Source of the DNA: an uncultured Alphaproteobacteria bacterium
GTDB lineage: Bacteria > Pseudomonadota > Alphaproteobacteria > RF32 > CAG-239
DNA: 56,740 nt
Assembly: GCA_944390905.1 (NCBI GenBank)
Contig: CALXRR010000003.1
Location: forward strand, 1 to 56,740
Direction: 5' to 3'
Both the position numbers and the translations under genes were made by a program. The notes under the pieces are model-generated. The model saw only the letters and a list, made by a program, of their open reading frames with translations, had not been told where the DNA came from and did not search any database. Shown piece by piece: positions 49,801-56,740 of the stretch (within the stretch, counting starts at the first letter, position 1; each line of letters begins with the position of its first letter).

Positions 49801-50532
49801 ATGCTGACAATAAAAGGACTAAGCAAGAACTTTGGCTCGATAGAGGCACTGTCGGACATCAGTTTCAAGGCCGAGCAGGGGGATATTATATCGATTCTCG
49901 GTCCTAACGGCGCCGGAAAAACAACTTTGATAAGAATATTAAGTGGCATTTTATCCCCAAGCAAGGGCGAGATTTTGTTTGACGGAGTTGAAATTAGCCG
50001 CAATAGAGTCGATGTGCTGCGTCAAATAGGCTATATAGCTGAAAACAGTCCCATGTATGGTGATATGAATGGTTACGAGTTTATCAAATATTCGGCAGCG
50101 CTGCATCAGATTCCTAAACCCCAATTCAATACCCGACTTGAGGTCTTAAGCACTGGTCTTGAGCTCAAAGACATTCTGCACCGACGTATTTCCGAGCTTT
50201 CTAAAGGCTACCGCCATCGCCTAGGGATAGCCTCAGCCTTAATCCATAATCCTAAAGTTTTGATTATGGACGAACCTTCCGAAGGCCTAGACCCCAATCA
50301 AAAGCATATTTTTCAAAAGTTTATAAAAGATTTTGCCGCCAAAGGCATCGTCTTAATGTCGACCCATATTTTAGAGGACGTATCAGCCTTGTCCAGTCGT
50401 ATCTTACTTATTAATCAAGGCAAATTGATACAAGATACCACCTCAACACGCTTTCGCTACCAAATGCCGGAACACGATTTGGCCGCCGTTTTCAGAAATT
50501 TAACTCTACGCTCACCCAGCAAGGAGAAATAG
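49801..50532 (+). CDS. ABC transporter ATP-binding protein (GldA-like)
   Basis: GPNGAGKTT, LSKGYRHR signature, DEPSEGLDPNQ. Confidence 0.88.
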   Translation: MLTIKGLSKNFGSIEALSDISFKAEQGDIISILGPNGAGKTTLIRILSGILSPSKGEILFDGVEISRNRVDVLRQIGYIAENSPMYGDMNGYEFIKYSAALHQIPKPQFNTRLEVLSTGLELKDILHRRISELSKGYRHRLGIASALIHNPKVLIMDEPSEGLDPNQKHIFQKFIKDFAAKGIVLMSTHILEDVSALSSRILLINQGKLIQDTTSTRFRYQMPEHDLAAVFRNLTLRSPSKEK

Positions 50533-50533
50533 C

Positions 50534-51250
50534 ATGACCTCATTAACCACAATTGTTTTCAAAAAAGAATTACAAGACTATTTCAAAGGCCTGATGTCTT
50601 GTTTTATCTTTGCTGTATATGTAGGAATTACCTTGATAACCACCTTTTATTTTGGTAGCTTTCTTGATACTAATAACACCTCGTTAGAATCTTTTTTCCG
50701 TTTTCAGCCAGAGATTTTAGCCATGATAATTCCGGCGGTTTGCATGCATTTGTGGACAGATGAGTACCGCCTCGGCACCATTGAATTTATCATGTCTCAA
50801 CCTGTTAGTTATACATCCTTGGTCACCGGTAAATTTTTTGCAGCTTTCGTTTTTAGTTTACTAATGTTATTCTTAACTCTTCCGCTAGTCTTCTTTAGCA
50901 GCTTTTATCTTGATATGGACGGAGGGCGCATAGCCAGTGGCTATCTGGGCTGTGTCTTGGTTGTTCTATCTTTTTGCGGCATATGCTGCGCGGTTTCGGC
51001 GCTAAGCTCACGCCCCATAGTTACATACCTGATGTCCTTTTTCACCATTTGGGGACTAATGTATTTTAACTTAACCCCAATCCTTCAAAAAGCTTTCGGC
51101 CTGCAATATCTGCCCTCTGGCAGCTTTATGCAGCAATATATTAATTTTATATCCGGTCAAATAAATATCGGCTCAGTGCTTTATTTTGTTTTGCTAACAT
51201 TACTCGGCCTATGGATAAATACCGAAGCCCTTAAAGCCCAAAGAGTTTAA
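50534..51250 (+). CDS. ABC-2 permease (GldF-like)
   Basis: KKELQDYF, MHLWTDEYRLGTIEF, GKFFAA; multiple TMs. Confidence 0.85.
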   Translation: MTSLTTIVFKKELQDYFKGLMSCFIFAVYVGITLITTFYFGSFLDTNNTSLESFFRFQPEILAMIIPAVCMHLWTDEYRLGTIEFIMSQPVSYTSLVTGKFFAAFVFSLLMLFLTLPLVFFSSFYLDMDGGRIASGYLGCVLVVLSFCGICCAVSALSSRPIVTYLMSFFTIWGLMYFNLTPILQKAFGLQYLPSGSFMQQYINFISGQINIGSVLYFVLLTLLGLWINTEALKAQRV

Positions 51251-51270
51251 CTAGTCAAAAGGAATATTCC

Positions 51271-53112
51271 ATGCGCAAATCTATTCGCTTGTCAGCTTTT
51301 ATCATCCTGATAATACTTGGCTTTTTGCTGTTGGGGCAAGGGCTAAGCCTCTTGTTTAGAGAATATTTTTTCGACAATACATCTCACAACCAATATAGCC
51401 TTTCTGATACCGGACAGCAGATAGCAGCCTCTTTGCCTGATGATGTAAATATAAATTTGTACTATTCTCCCCAAATCAGTAAAGAATATCCGACCACGGG
51501 AGTATATTTTGACTACGTACTTAAAATTATGCAACAACTGCAAGATTCTTCAGATGGAAAAATTACTCTCAAAGTAGTTTATTTGAATAATGATGAAAAA
51601 TCAGAACTTGAAGCCGCTAAAATCAAGCTCAAACCATTTATCAGTAAAGATGGTAAGTCAAACCTCTATTTTGGAGCATTACTCCGCAATTCTGCCGGAG
51701 ATAGTATCCGTATCCCTAACTTTACGGAAGGGCGGCGCAATCAGGTTGAAGCCGATTTGAGCAGGGCTCTGGTGCGCTTGACCCAAAAACAACCCTTAAC
51801 AACCATCGGCTTGATAGCTCCTGATTTAGACTTTGGAGCCTCAAACGGCTCTTCAGGTTTGATTGATGGCGGCAGTTGGAATATCTTCCGCCCGCTGGCA
51901 TCAGAATACCTCATACAGAGGATTCCCACCTCTGCGGTTCAAATTGGCGCTGATATTAATACCGTAATTGTAGTCAATCCGGCACAAGGATTAAGCAAGC
52001 TCAACCTCTATGCCTTGGATCAATTTTTGCTTCGCGGCGGTAATATTATTTTGTTCGCCGATTCTCTAAATGAACATCTGTTGCAGCCCAATTCTGCCGC
52101 AATGCTAAATCAATTTTTGCAGCCCAAAGGCATAAGCATTAATGATACCCAAGTCATAGGGAATATAAATGACGCAGGCCAGCTCCGGACTTCTCTTTCA
52201 TTATCTGACGCAAATATTAATCATAGTCACATTTTGACTCAGGGAATTAATCTTTTATCCCTATACGCTCCGGCACAACTTGTTATCGAAGACACCGCTT
52301 CAGATACAAGCGTCATCACCACTCTAGCATCAGCATCTGGCTCAACCGTAACTATCCCGGTCGCCGATTATCAGCAACACCGACAGCTCAACCAAAGCAG
52401 CCAGACACAACCTTCAGCCCAAAGCCCCGCCTTAATATCCTTGGTCGAAGGCGAGTTTAACTCCGTGTTTGAGGATAATATTATCAAAGATTCTCAACAG
52501 CGCAAACAAATGCTTTCCTTCCTGCCACAGTCTGTAAAAAGCGGCAAAATCTTAATCATAGGCGATATTGACTTTTTGTATAACGATCAATGGTCCGACA
52601 GCCGTAGTATTAACGATAACCCGATTTATGGGATTATTCCGACTGCAGATAACGGAGATTTCTTGCTGAAAAGTATAGATTATTTCTCCGGTCGCAACAA
52701 TCTCTTACGCTATTCAAAGCCGCAACCACCATCAACAGAAAGTCTTAATCAGATATTCACCGCCAATGCCAAACAACAGTTTTCTGCAGAACACAGCCAA
52801 ATCATACATCAACTTGAGCAAGCTCAAAGTGAATATGTTAAATTGACACGTCTTGCTCAAACTAAAGCGTTAAATTATGCCGAAATCAAACGCATGGAAG
52901 AAGTTTCCGCCGCCATCACCGAAGGAGAAAAATCTTTGCACAGTTTGGATTATGCTGAAAATAAAAATATCCAAACCAACCGCCAGCGATTTATTTTACT
53001 AAATATCTTCGCTATGGCTTTGCTTTTGTTTGTTATTATTTATGGTTTTCGCAGATATATACGCTCTCAAGCTTATCCCAAAGATATAAAGGAGAAAGTC
53101 CATGCAGAATAA
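51271..53112 (+). CDS. GldG-like ABC auxiliary protein
   Basis: YSLSD N-terminal motif, LDQFLLRGG, LIIGDIDFL, NGDFLLKSIDY; TM at both ends. Confidence 0.82.
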   Translation: MRKSIRLSAFIILIILGFLLLGQGLSLLFREYFFDNTSHNQYSLSDTGQQIAASLPDDVNINLYYSPQISKEYPTTGVYFDYVLKIMQQLQDSSDGKITLKVVYLNNDEKSELEAAKIKLKPFISKDGKSNLYFGALLRNSAGDSIRIPNFTEGRRNQVEADLSRALVRLTQKQPLTTIGLIAPDLDFGASNGSSGLIDGGSWNIFRPLASEYLIQRIPTSAVQIGADINTVIVVNPAQGLSKLNLYALDQFLLRGGNIILFADSLNEHLLQPNSAAMLNQFLQPKGISINDTQVIGNINDAGQLRTSLSLSDANINHSHILTQGINLLSLYAPAQLVIEDTASDTSVITTLASASGSTVTIPVADYQQHRQLNQSSQTQPSAQSPALISLVEGEFNSVFEDNIIKDSQQRKQMLSFLPQSVKSGKILIIGDIDFLYNDQWSDSRSINDNPIYGIIPTADNGDFLLKSIDYFSGRNNLLRYSKPQPPSTESLNQIFTANAKQQFSAEHSQIIHQLEQAQSEYVKLTRLAQTKALNYAEIKRMEEVSAAITEGEKSLHSLDYAENKNIQTNRQRFILLNIFAMALLLFVIIYGFRRYIRSQAYPKDIKEKVHAE

Positions 53113-54025
53113 GAGTTTACAACAAGCTTTAATTTTCTTTATATTTTCACTCTTAGTTAGTTTTGGAGCCCTGTGGAAGTTCAAACTCACATCTGACGGA
53201 GATGGTATCCAGCATACCTTTATTTCCTCACAAAGCAATATCGAAGAAATCTCCTCTATATCCCTAAAACTTCCGGAAAACACGCTTGTATTTGATAAAG
53301 AAGATAACGTGTGGCGCGTTCGTAATGCTGATTCTTATCCGGCTAATTATAAACTTATGAACGAATTTTTTACGTTTATTCAGAGCTCAGCCATTTATCG
53401 CCAAGTTGATTTAGATGATGCTGCCGCCCAAAAGATTTTTTCCCAACCGGTACAAATCACTCTGACCGATAGACACGGAGAAGAGCTAAGAGAAGTTATC
53501 CTCGGAGCCAAAACACCCAATCGTCAAATGTCTTATGCCCAAATCAAAGGCCAAGAAGGCTACTATTTGGTCGAAAACAATATTGTTTTTCCTGACTATC
53601 TGGCCTTGTGGCTGCAACAGCCGCTGTTGAGCCTAAGCAAACCCCAAATAATGTCAATATCAATTAACGGACATAAAACCTCACGCCAAAGCTCGTCTCA
53701 AGAGTTTAAAACCGCAAAATTAAACTCACTGATAAAGAGTCTTGAATTTGTAGGATTTATAGATGTTCTTTCCGCCCAAAATTTTGATGAAAGCACCTTC
53801 GCAACTCCGCATAATATCACAGTTACAGAGTTTAGCGGCTTGATTATATCTTTGAATATTTATAAGAAAGGTGAAGAATACTGGATAAAACAAAAGCTTT
53901 CATCAGCCAAATTATCTCAAAATAATGTTGAACAATATATCAAAGACAGCGAATTTTTGTATGACTATTGGTATTTCAGAGTTTCTGCTGATTTAGGACA
54001 AGAGCTCTATTCAGCCACACTTTGA
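53102..54025 (+). CDS. DUF4340-like protein
   Basis: N-terminal TM, W.V...DSYPAN motif; usual fourth gene of GldAFG-like operons. Confidence 0.72.
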   Translation: MQNKSLQQALIFFIFSLLVSFGALWKFKLTSDGDGIQHTFISSQSNIEEISSISLKLPENTLVFDKEDNVWRVRNADSYPANYKLMNEFFTFIQSSAIYRQVDLDDAAAQKIFSQPVQITLTDRHGEELREVILGAKTPNRQMSYAQIKGQEGYYLVENNIVFPDYLALWLQQPLLSLSKPQIMSISINGHKTSRQSSSQEFKTAKLNSLIKSLEFVGFIDVLSAQNFDESTFATPHNITVTEFSGLIISLNIYKKGEEYWIKQKLSSAKLSQNNVEQYIKDSEFLYDYWYFRVSADLGQELYSATL

Positions 54026-54036
54026 GGATTTTATAG

Positions 54037-54786
54037 ATGGATAAAAAACACGAAAATTGCGCCGAACTGGCCGCCAAATTTGAACAAGCCGAACACGAAT
54101 TAATAGAAAGTGAGCGCCTAAACCGCGCTAAATCTTATTTTTTGGCACAGGCTGTACATGATTTGCGCCAACCTCTTCAAGCTCAAAGGATTTTTTTGCA
54201 ATTATTGCAAAACACCAAACTTAGCTCCGAGCAGCAAAATCTTATCAATAAAAGCATGGCCTCGCTCGAAAATATGCAGACGCTGATGGATAATTACCTT
54301 GATTTATCAAGGCTCGATTATGGCGGTATCAAATACGCCCCAAGCAAATTTGAGCTAAAAGTTTTAACCGATAAAATTGCTGAAGAATTTTCTGCACTTT
54401 CATCGGCAGAACACAAACATTTGCAATATATATGGTGCAAGACAGAAGTTTTTAGCGATCAAGTTTTATTAGAAAGAATTTTAAGAAACCTGTTGAGCAA
54501 TGCCGTCAAATTTGCCAAGGATACAGTTGTTTTAGAGTGCATTGCCAATGATACAGACATCACAATCAACGTCAGTGACAATGGTTGCGGAATTTCAGCC
54601 GAAGAAATCCCCTATATTTTTGATGAGTTTTACCAAAGCGGCCAAAATCCTGAAGCACGCAAAAAAGGTACCGGATTGGGTCTGGCTATAGTCAAAAAGA
54701 TATCGGCAATTTTGCACACCGAAATACAAGTTGAAAGTCAGGTCGGACAAGGCAGTCGCTTTACTCTCAACATTCCACGAGTTTAA
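54037..54786 (+). CDS. Sensor-less histidine kinase (HisKA plus HATPase)
   Basis: HDLRQPL H-box, NLLSNAVKF, DNGCGI, GTGLGL; no TM or input domain. Confidence 0.88.
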   Translation: MDKKHENCAELAAKFEQAEHELIESERLNRAKSYFLAQAVHDLRQPLQAQRIFLQLLQNTKLSSEQQNLINKSMASLENMQTLMDNYLDLSRLDYGGIKYAPSKFELKVLTDKIAEEFSALSSAEHKHLQYIWCKTEVFSDQVLLERILRNLLSNAVKFAKDTVVLECIANDTDITINVSDNGCGISAEEIPYIFDEFYQSGQNPEARKKGTGLGLAIVKKISAILHTEIQVESQVGQGSRFTLNIPRV

Positions 54787-55211
54787 TCCGGAGTTGAATT
54801 TTTGTTAAGGATAATTCCTTTAATGTAATTATAGTGATTGTTTGCCAAATCATACAAACAACGTTGAGTGTTATACTCGTCAGACCCCAAATAATTCTTC
54901 ATTGACAGTGTAAACAGAGAGCAAAATTCTTTACGATAATTATACCAGTTTTCGTATAAAGACTTTACGCGCCCGCGAAACATTCCGGAGCCGTTATTCC
55001 AAGTTTTGAAATATTCATCATTAGCAATTTTTTCATATTCTTGATAAATCATTTCATCAATTCGTTTAGTTTCTTCAGCCATACACTGAGCAATAGCGCT
55101 GTCACCGACTTTTGATGCATCACGCATACAATATTCAAACTTTTTGGAAGCCCATACTTCTGAAGCTGAAAGCAACACGGCCGCACATATAATAAGATTT
55201 AATTTTTTCAT
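54783..55211 (-). CDS. Secreted LprI/DUF1311-like protein
   Basis: Signal peptide; four Cys; W..YR..FC motif. Confidence 0.7.
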   Translation of the reverse strand: MKKLNLIICAAVLLSASEVWASKKFEYCMRDASKVGDSAIAQCMAEETKRIDEMIYQEYEKIANDEYFKTWNNGSGMFRGRVKSLYENWYNYRKEFCSLFTLSMKNYLGSDEYNTQRCLYDLANNHYNYIKGIILNKNSTPD

Positions 55212-55222
55212 GGAACAACCCT

Positions 55223-55651
55223 TTAATTAACCGCCATTTTGTTATAAACAGAGATTACCGCCTCCACATCACTGGCAAAACGGTTAGTAACATCTAACAA
55301 GCATTGCGATGTTTGAACCATTCCAACGGTACCTTTACCTTGATCAAAGGTATAACCAAGCAAAGAGCAATAACGATCACGGTATTCGACCCATTGATTG
55401 AATAGGGATTGAAAATTCTGTGCAGCAGACAAGGTTTTATCATTCCAAGAAGTAAAATATTTGTTGGAAGATAAAGCCTTATATCTGGACTGAATACGCC
55501 GCATGATGCGAGCTGTTTCGCTATTATTGCACATAGCAATTTCAGAGTCGTTCATAGCTTTTGCCAAACAGTCATCGTATTCAGCCGCCATTAAATTGTT
55601 GGCAGATAACGAGATACAACCGACAGCCAGTGCGGTATATAATTTTTTCAT
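55223..55651 (-). CDS. Secreted LprI/DUF1311-like protein (paralog)
   Basis: Signal peptide; YDDCL...IAMC...WVEYRDRYC...QCLL; AAAGGA RBS before ATG 55651. Confidence 0.72.
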   Translation of the reverse strand: MKKLYTALAVGCISLSANNLMAAEYDDCLAKAMNDSEIAMCNNSETARIMRRIQSRYKALSSNKYFTSWNDKTLSAAQNFQSLFNQWVEYRDRYCSLLGYTFDQGKGTVGMVQTSQCLLDVTNRFASDVEAVISVYNKMAVN

Positions 55652-55791
55652 CTCATATCCTTTCATCAGTCAGAACTTATTCAAAGCATAAAATTAATTG
55701 CTTAAAAATCAATTAAGATAAAAAGAATAAGATTTTTTTAACAAATATTTTATATAAGCAAAGATGTAAGGTAAAATACGAGGTGAGGGCG

Positions 55792-56106
55792 ATGCGTAAG
55801 TATCTGATTTTGTTTTTTGGAGTATTAGTCTTAAGCTCATGCATGCAAAGAAGACCGCAATACCGCATGGGAGCAGATAGCTTTATCGGTATCACGGAAC
55901 GAGAGCTGGTCGGAAGGATAGGCGCACCGGATAGTGTTTATGAGATAGAAAATGAAAAGTTTTTGACATATTTTAAGACCGGCGGCGGATATGGTAATAT
56001 GCAAATATGTAAAATCACTTTTGTATTTTATAAAGAGCGGTTGGACAATTGGCGATATGAAGGCAATATGTGTGACGCCTATATCGACAGCATAGACTTG
56101 CATTAA
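55792..56106 (+). CDS. Small predicted lipoprotein
   Basis: LSSC lipobox; FIG.TE.ELV...GAPD...C.ITF...W.YEGN.C; GAGG RBS. Confidence 0.7.
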   Translation: MRKYLILFFGVLVLSSCMQRRPQYRMGADSFIGITERELVGRIGAPDSVYEIENEKFLTYFKTGGGYGNMQICKITFVFYKERLDNWRYEGNMCDAYIDSIDLH

Positions 56107-56144
56107 TATTCATAAAGGGGCTTGGCGGCCTCTTTTTTTTGCTT

Positions 56145-56187
56145 CCTCTCCGGATGGAGAGGTCGGCGGCAAAGACGCCGGAAGAGG
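56145..56187. repeat. REP-like double hairpin
   Basis: CCTCTCC-GGAT-GGAGAGG followed by CGGCG...CGCCG. Confidence 0.5.
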
Positions 56188-56217
56188 CGATTAACCGTAA
56201 ATGCCGGCATATATATT

Positions 56218-56368
56218 GCACCAAACAAAATGACCCAAAGTTCGGGTCAAGCTGGCACCGAGAGCATGAAAAAAAGTTTAGGCACAATCTTACAACCAAT
56301 ATAAACAGAGCAACGCGACTTCATGGCACCAAACAAGATGGCGCAAAGTTAGGGGGTCAAGCTGGCAC
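56218..56368 (+). repeat. Two ~42-bp imperfect direct repeats with 108-bp period
   Basis: GCACCAAACAA.ATG.C.CAAAGTT...GGGTCAAGCTGGCAC at 56218-56258 and 56326-56368. Confidence 0.8.
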
Positions 56369-56431
56369 AGCTTGGGTTCGAACCCCCATATTACAAAAAA
56401 AAGCCCGTTAACTAAAACGGACTTTATAAAA

Positions 56432-56621
56432 TGGTAGGCGCGTGGGGGCTGGAGTAGAAAAACAATCCAGTGGATTGTTTTTCGCCGACAGGCGAAGTCT
56501 TCTTGTCTTGCAAGGAAGCGAGAGCGACCGCGGCAAGACGTAGGAGACGAGTGACCGCAGCGAGTTAGGCTTTAGGATAAAGCCTTATGAGCCAGAAGAA
56601 CCCTTTAGGGTTCGAACCCCA
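56432..56621 (-). repeat. Duplicated tRNA-Lys 3' end, split by an insertion
   Basis: TGGTAGGCGCGTGGGGG (56432-56448) and GGGTTCGAACCCCA (56608-56621) match the tRNA 3' end starting at 56666. Confidence 0.85.
56446..56598 (+). repeat. ~155-bp multi-stem dispersed element, copy B
   Basis: Colinear with the reverse complement of 20319-20475. Confidence 0.75.
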
Positions 56622-56626
56622 CACAG

Positions 56627-56658
56627 AAAAAAGCCTGCTTCAAAAAGAAGCAGGCTTT
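56627..56658 (-). terminator. tRNA-Lys terminator
   Basis: AAAGCCTGCTTC...GAAGCAGGCTTT followed by T-run on the minus strand. Confidence 0.8.
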
Positions 56659-56665
56659 AAACAAA

Positions 56666-56740
56666 TGGTAGGCGCGTGGGGGTTCGAACCCCAGACCCAC
56701 TGATTAAGAGTCAGTTGCTCTACCAACTGAGCTACGCACC
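56666..56740 (-). tRNA. tRNA-Lys (CTT), first base beyond the window edge
   Basis: Reverse complement GGTGCGTAGCTCAGTTGGTAGAGCAACTGACTCTTAATCAGTGGGTCTGGGGTTCGAACCCCCACGCGCCTACCA. Confidence 0.95.

Noticed and set aside
49801-54025. Gliding motility system
   Set aside because: GldAFG-like ABC operons occur widely in non-gliding bacteria; no gldK-N or sprA-type genes here
56218-56368. CRISPR array
   Set aside because: Only two imperfect repeats, a 67-bp spacer and no cas genes
56015-56411. ORFs 56015-56299, 56122-56304 and 56139-56411
   Set aside because: They lie in the repeat mosaic; the peptide repeats only mirror the DNA repeats
54783-56665. Prophage or genomic island at tRNA-Lys
   Set aside because: The att-like duplication encloses only 234 bp; no integrase or phage genes and no distant tRNA 3' copy seen in the window

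Overview
Chromosomal segment of an AT-rich alphaproteobacterium. Gene order and the SOS box suggest a Rhodospirillales-like organism; an RF32-type gut lineage is my inference. Most of it is housekeeping: yejEF, rpsD, gatCAB, sppA, fabI, recA, tig, ppiD, tpiA-secG-pyrG, kdsA-recO-parC, a TipN/GPR-like coiled-coil protein, dusB-trkA-hfq-hflX, two mlaD genes, a GldAFG-like ABC system and three tRNAs (Ser-GCT, Leu-TAG, Lys-CTT). The most interesting part is an accessory locus after recA (19.5-22.4 kb) with two modular Cys-rich secreted proteins. The larger one ends in a C-type-lectin-like segment whose codons look like a diversity-generating retroelement (DGR) variable region, yet no reverse transcriptase or template repeat is visible in the window. 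Just behind it, a ~155-bp multi-stem element interrupts a REP-like palindrome. A diverged second copy with compensatory base changes lies 36 kb away inside a duplicated tRNA-Lys 3' end, and the two loci share two further short repeat families. Also notable: two orphan paralogs inserted between pyrG and kdsA, a possible IS200-type miniature element, and no ntrBC-ntrYX between dusB and trkA. All calls were made by eye; no searches were run.
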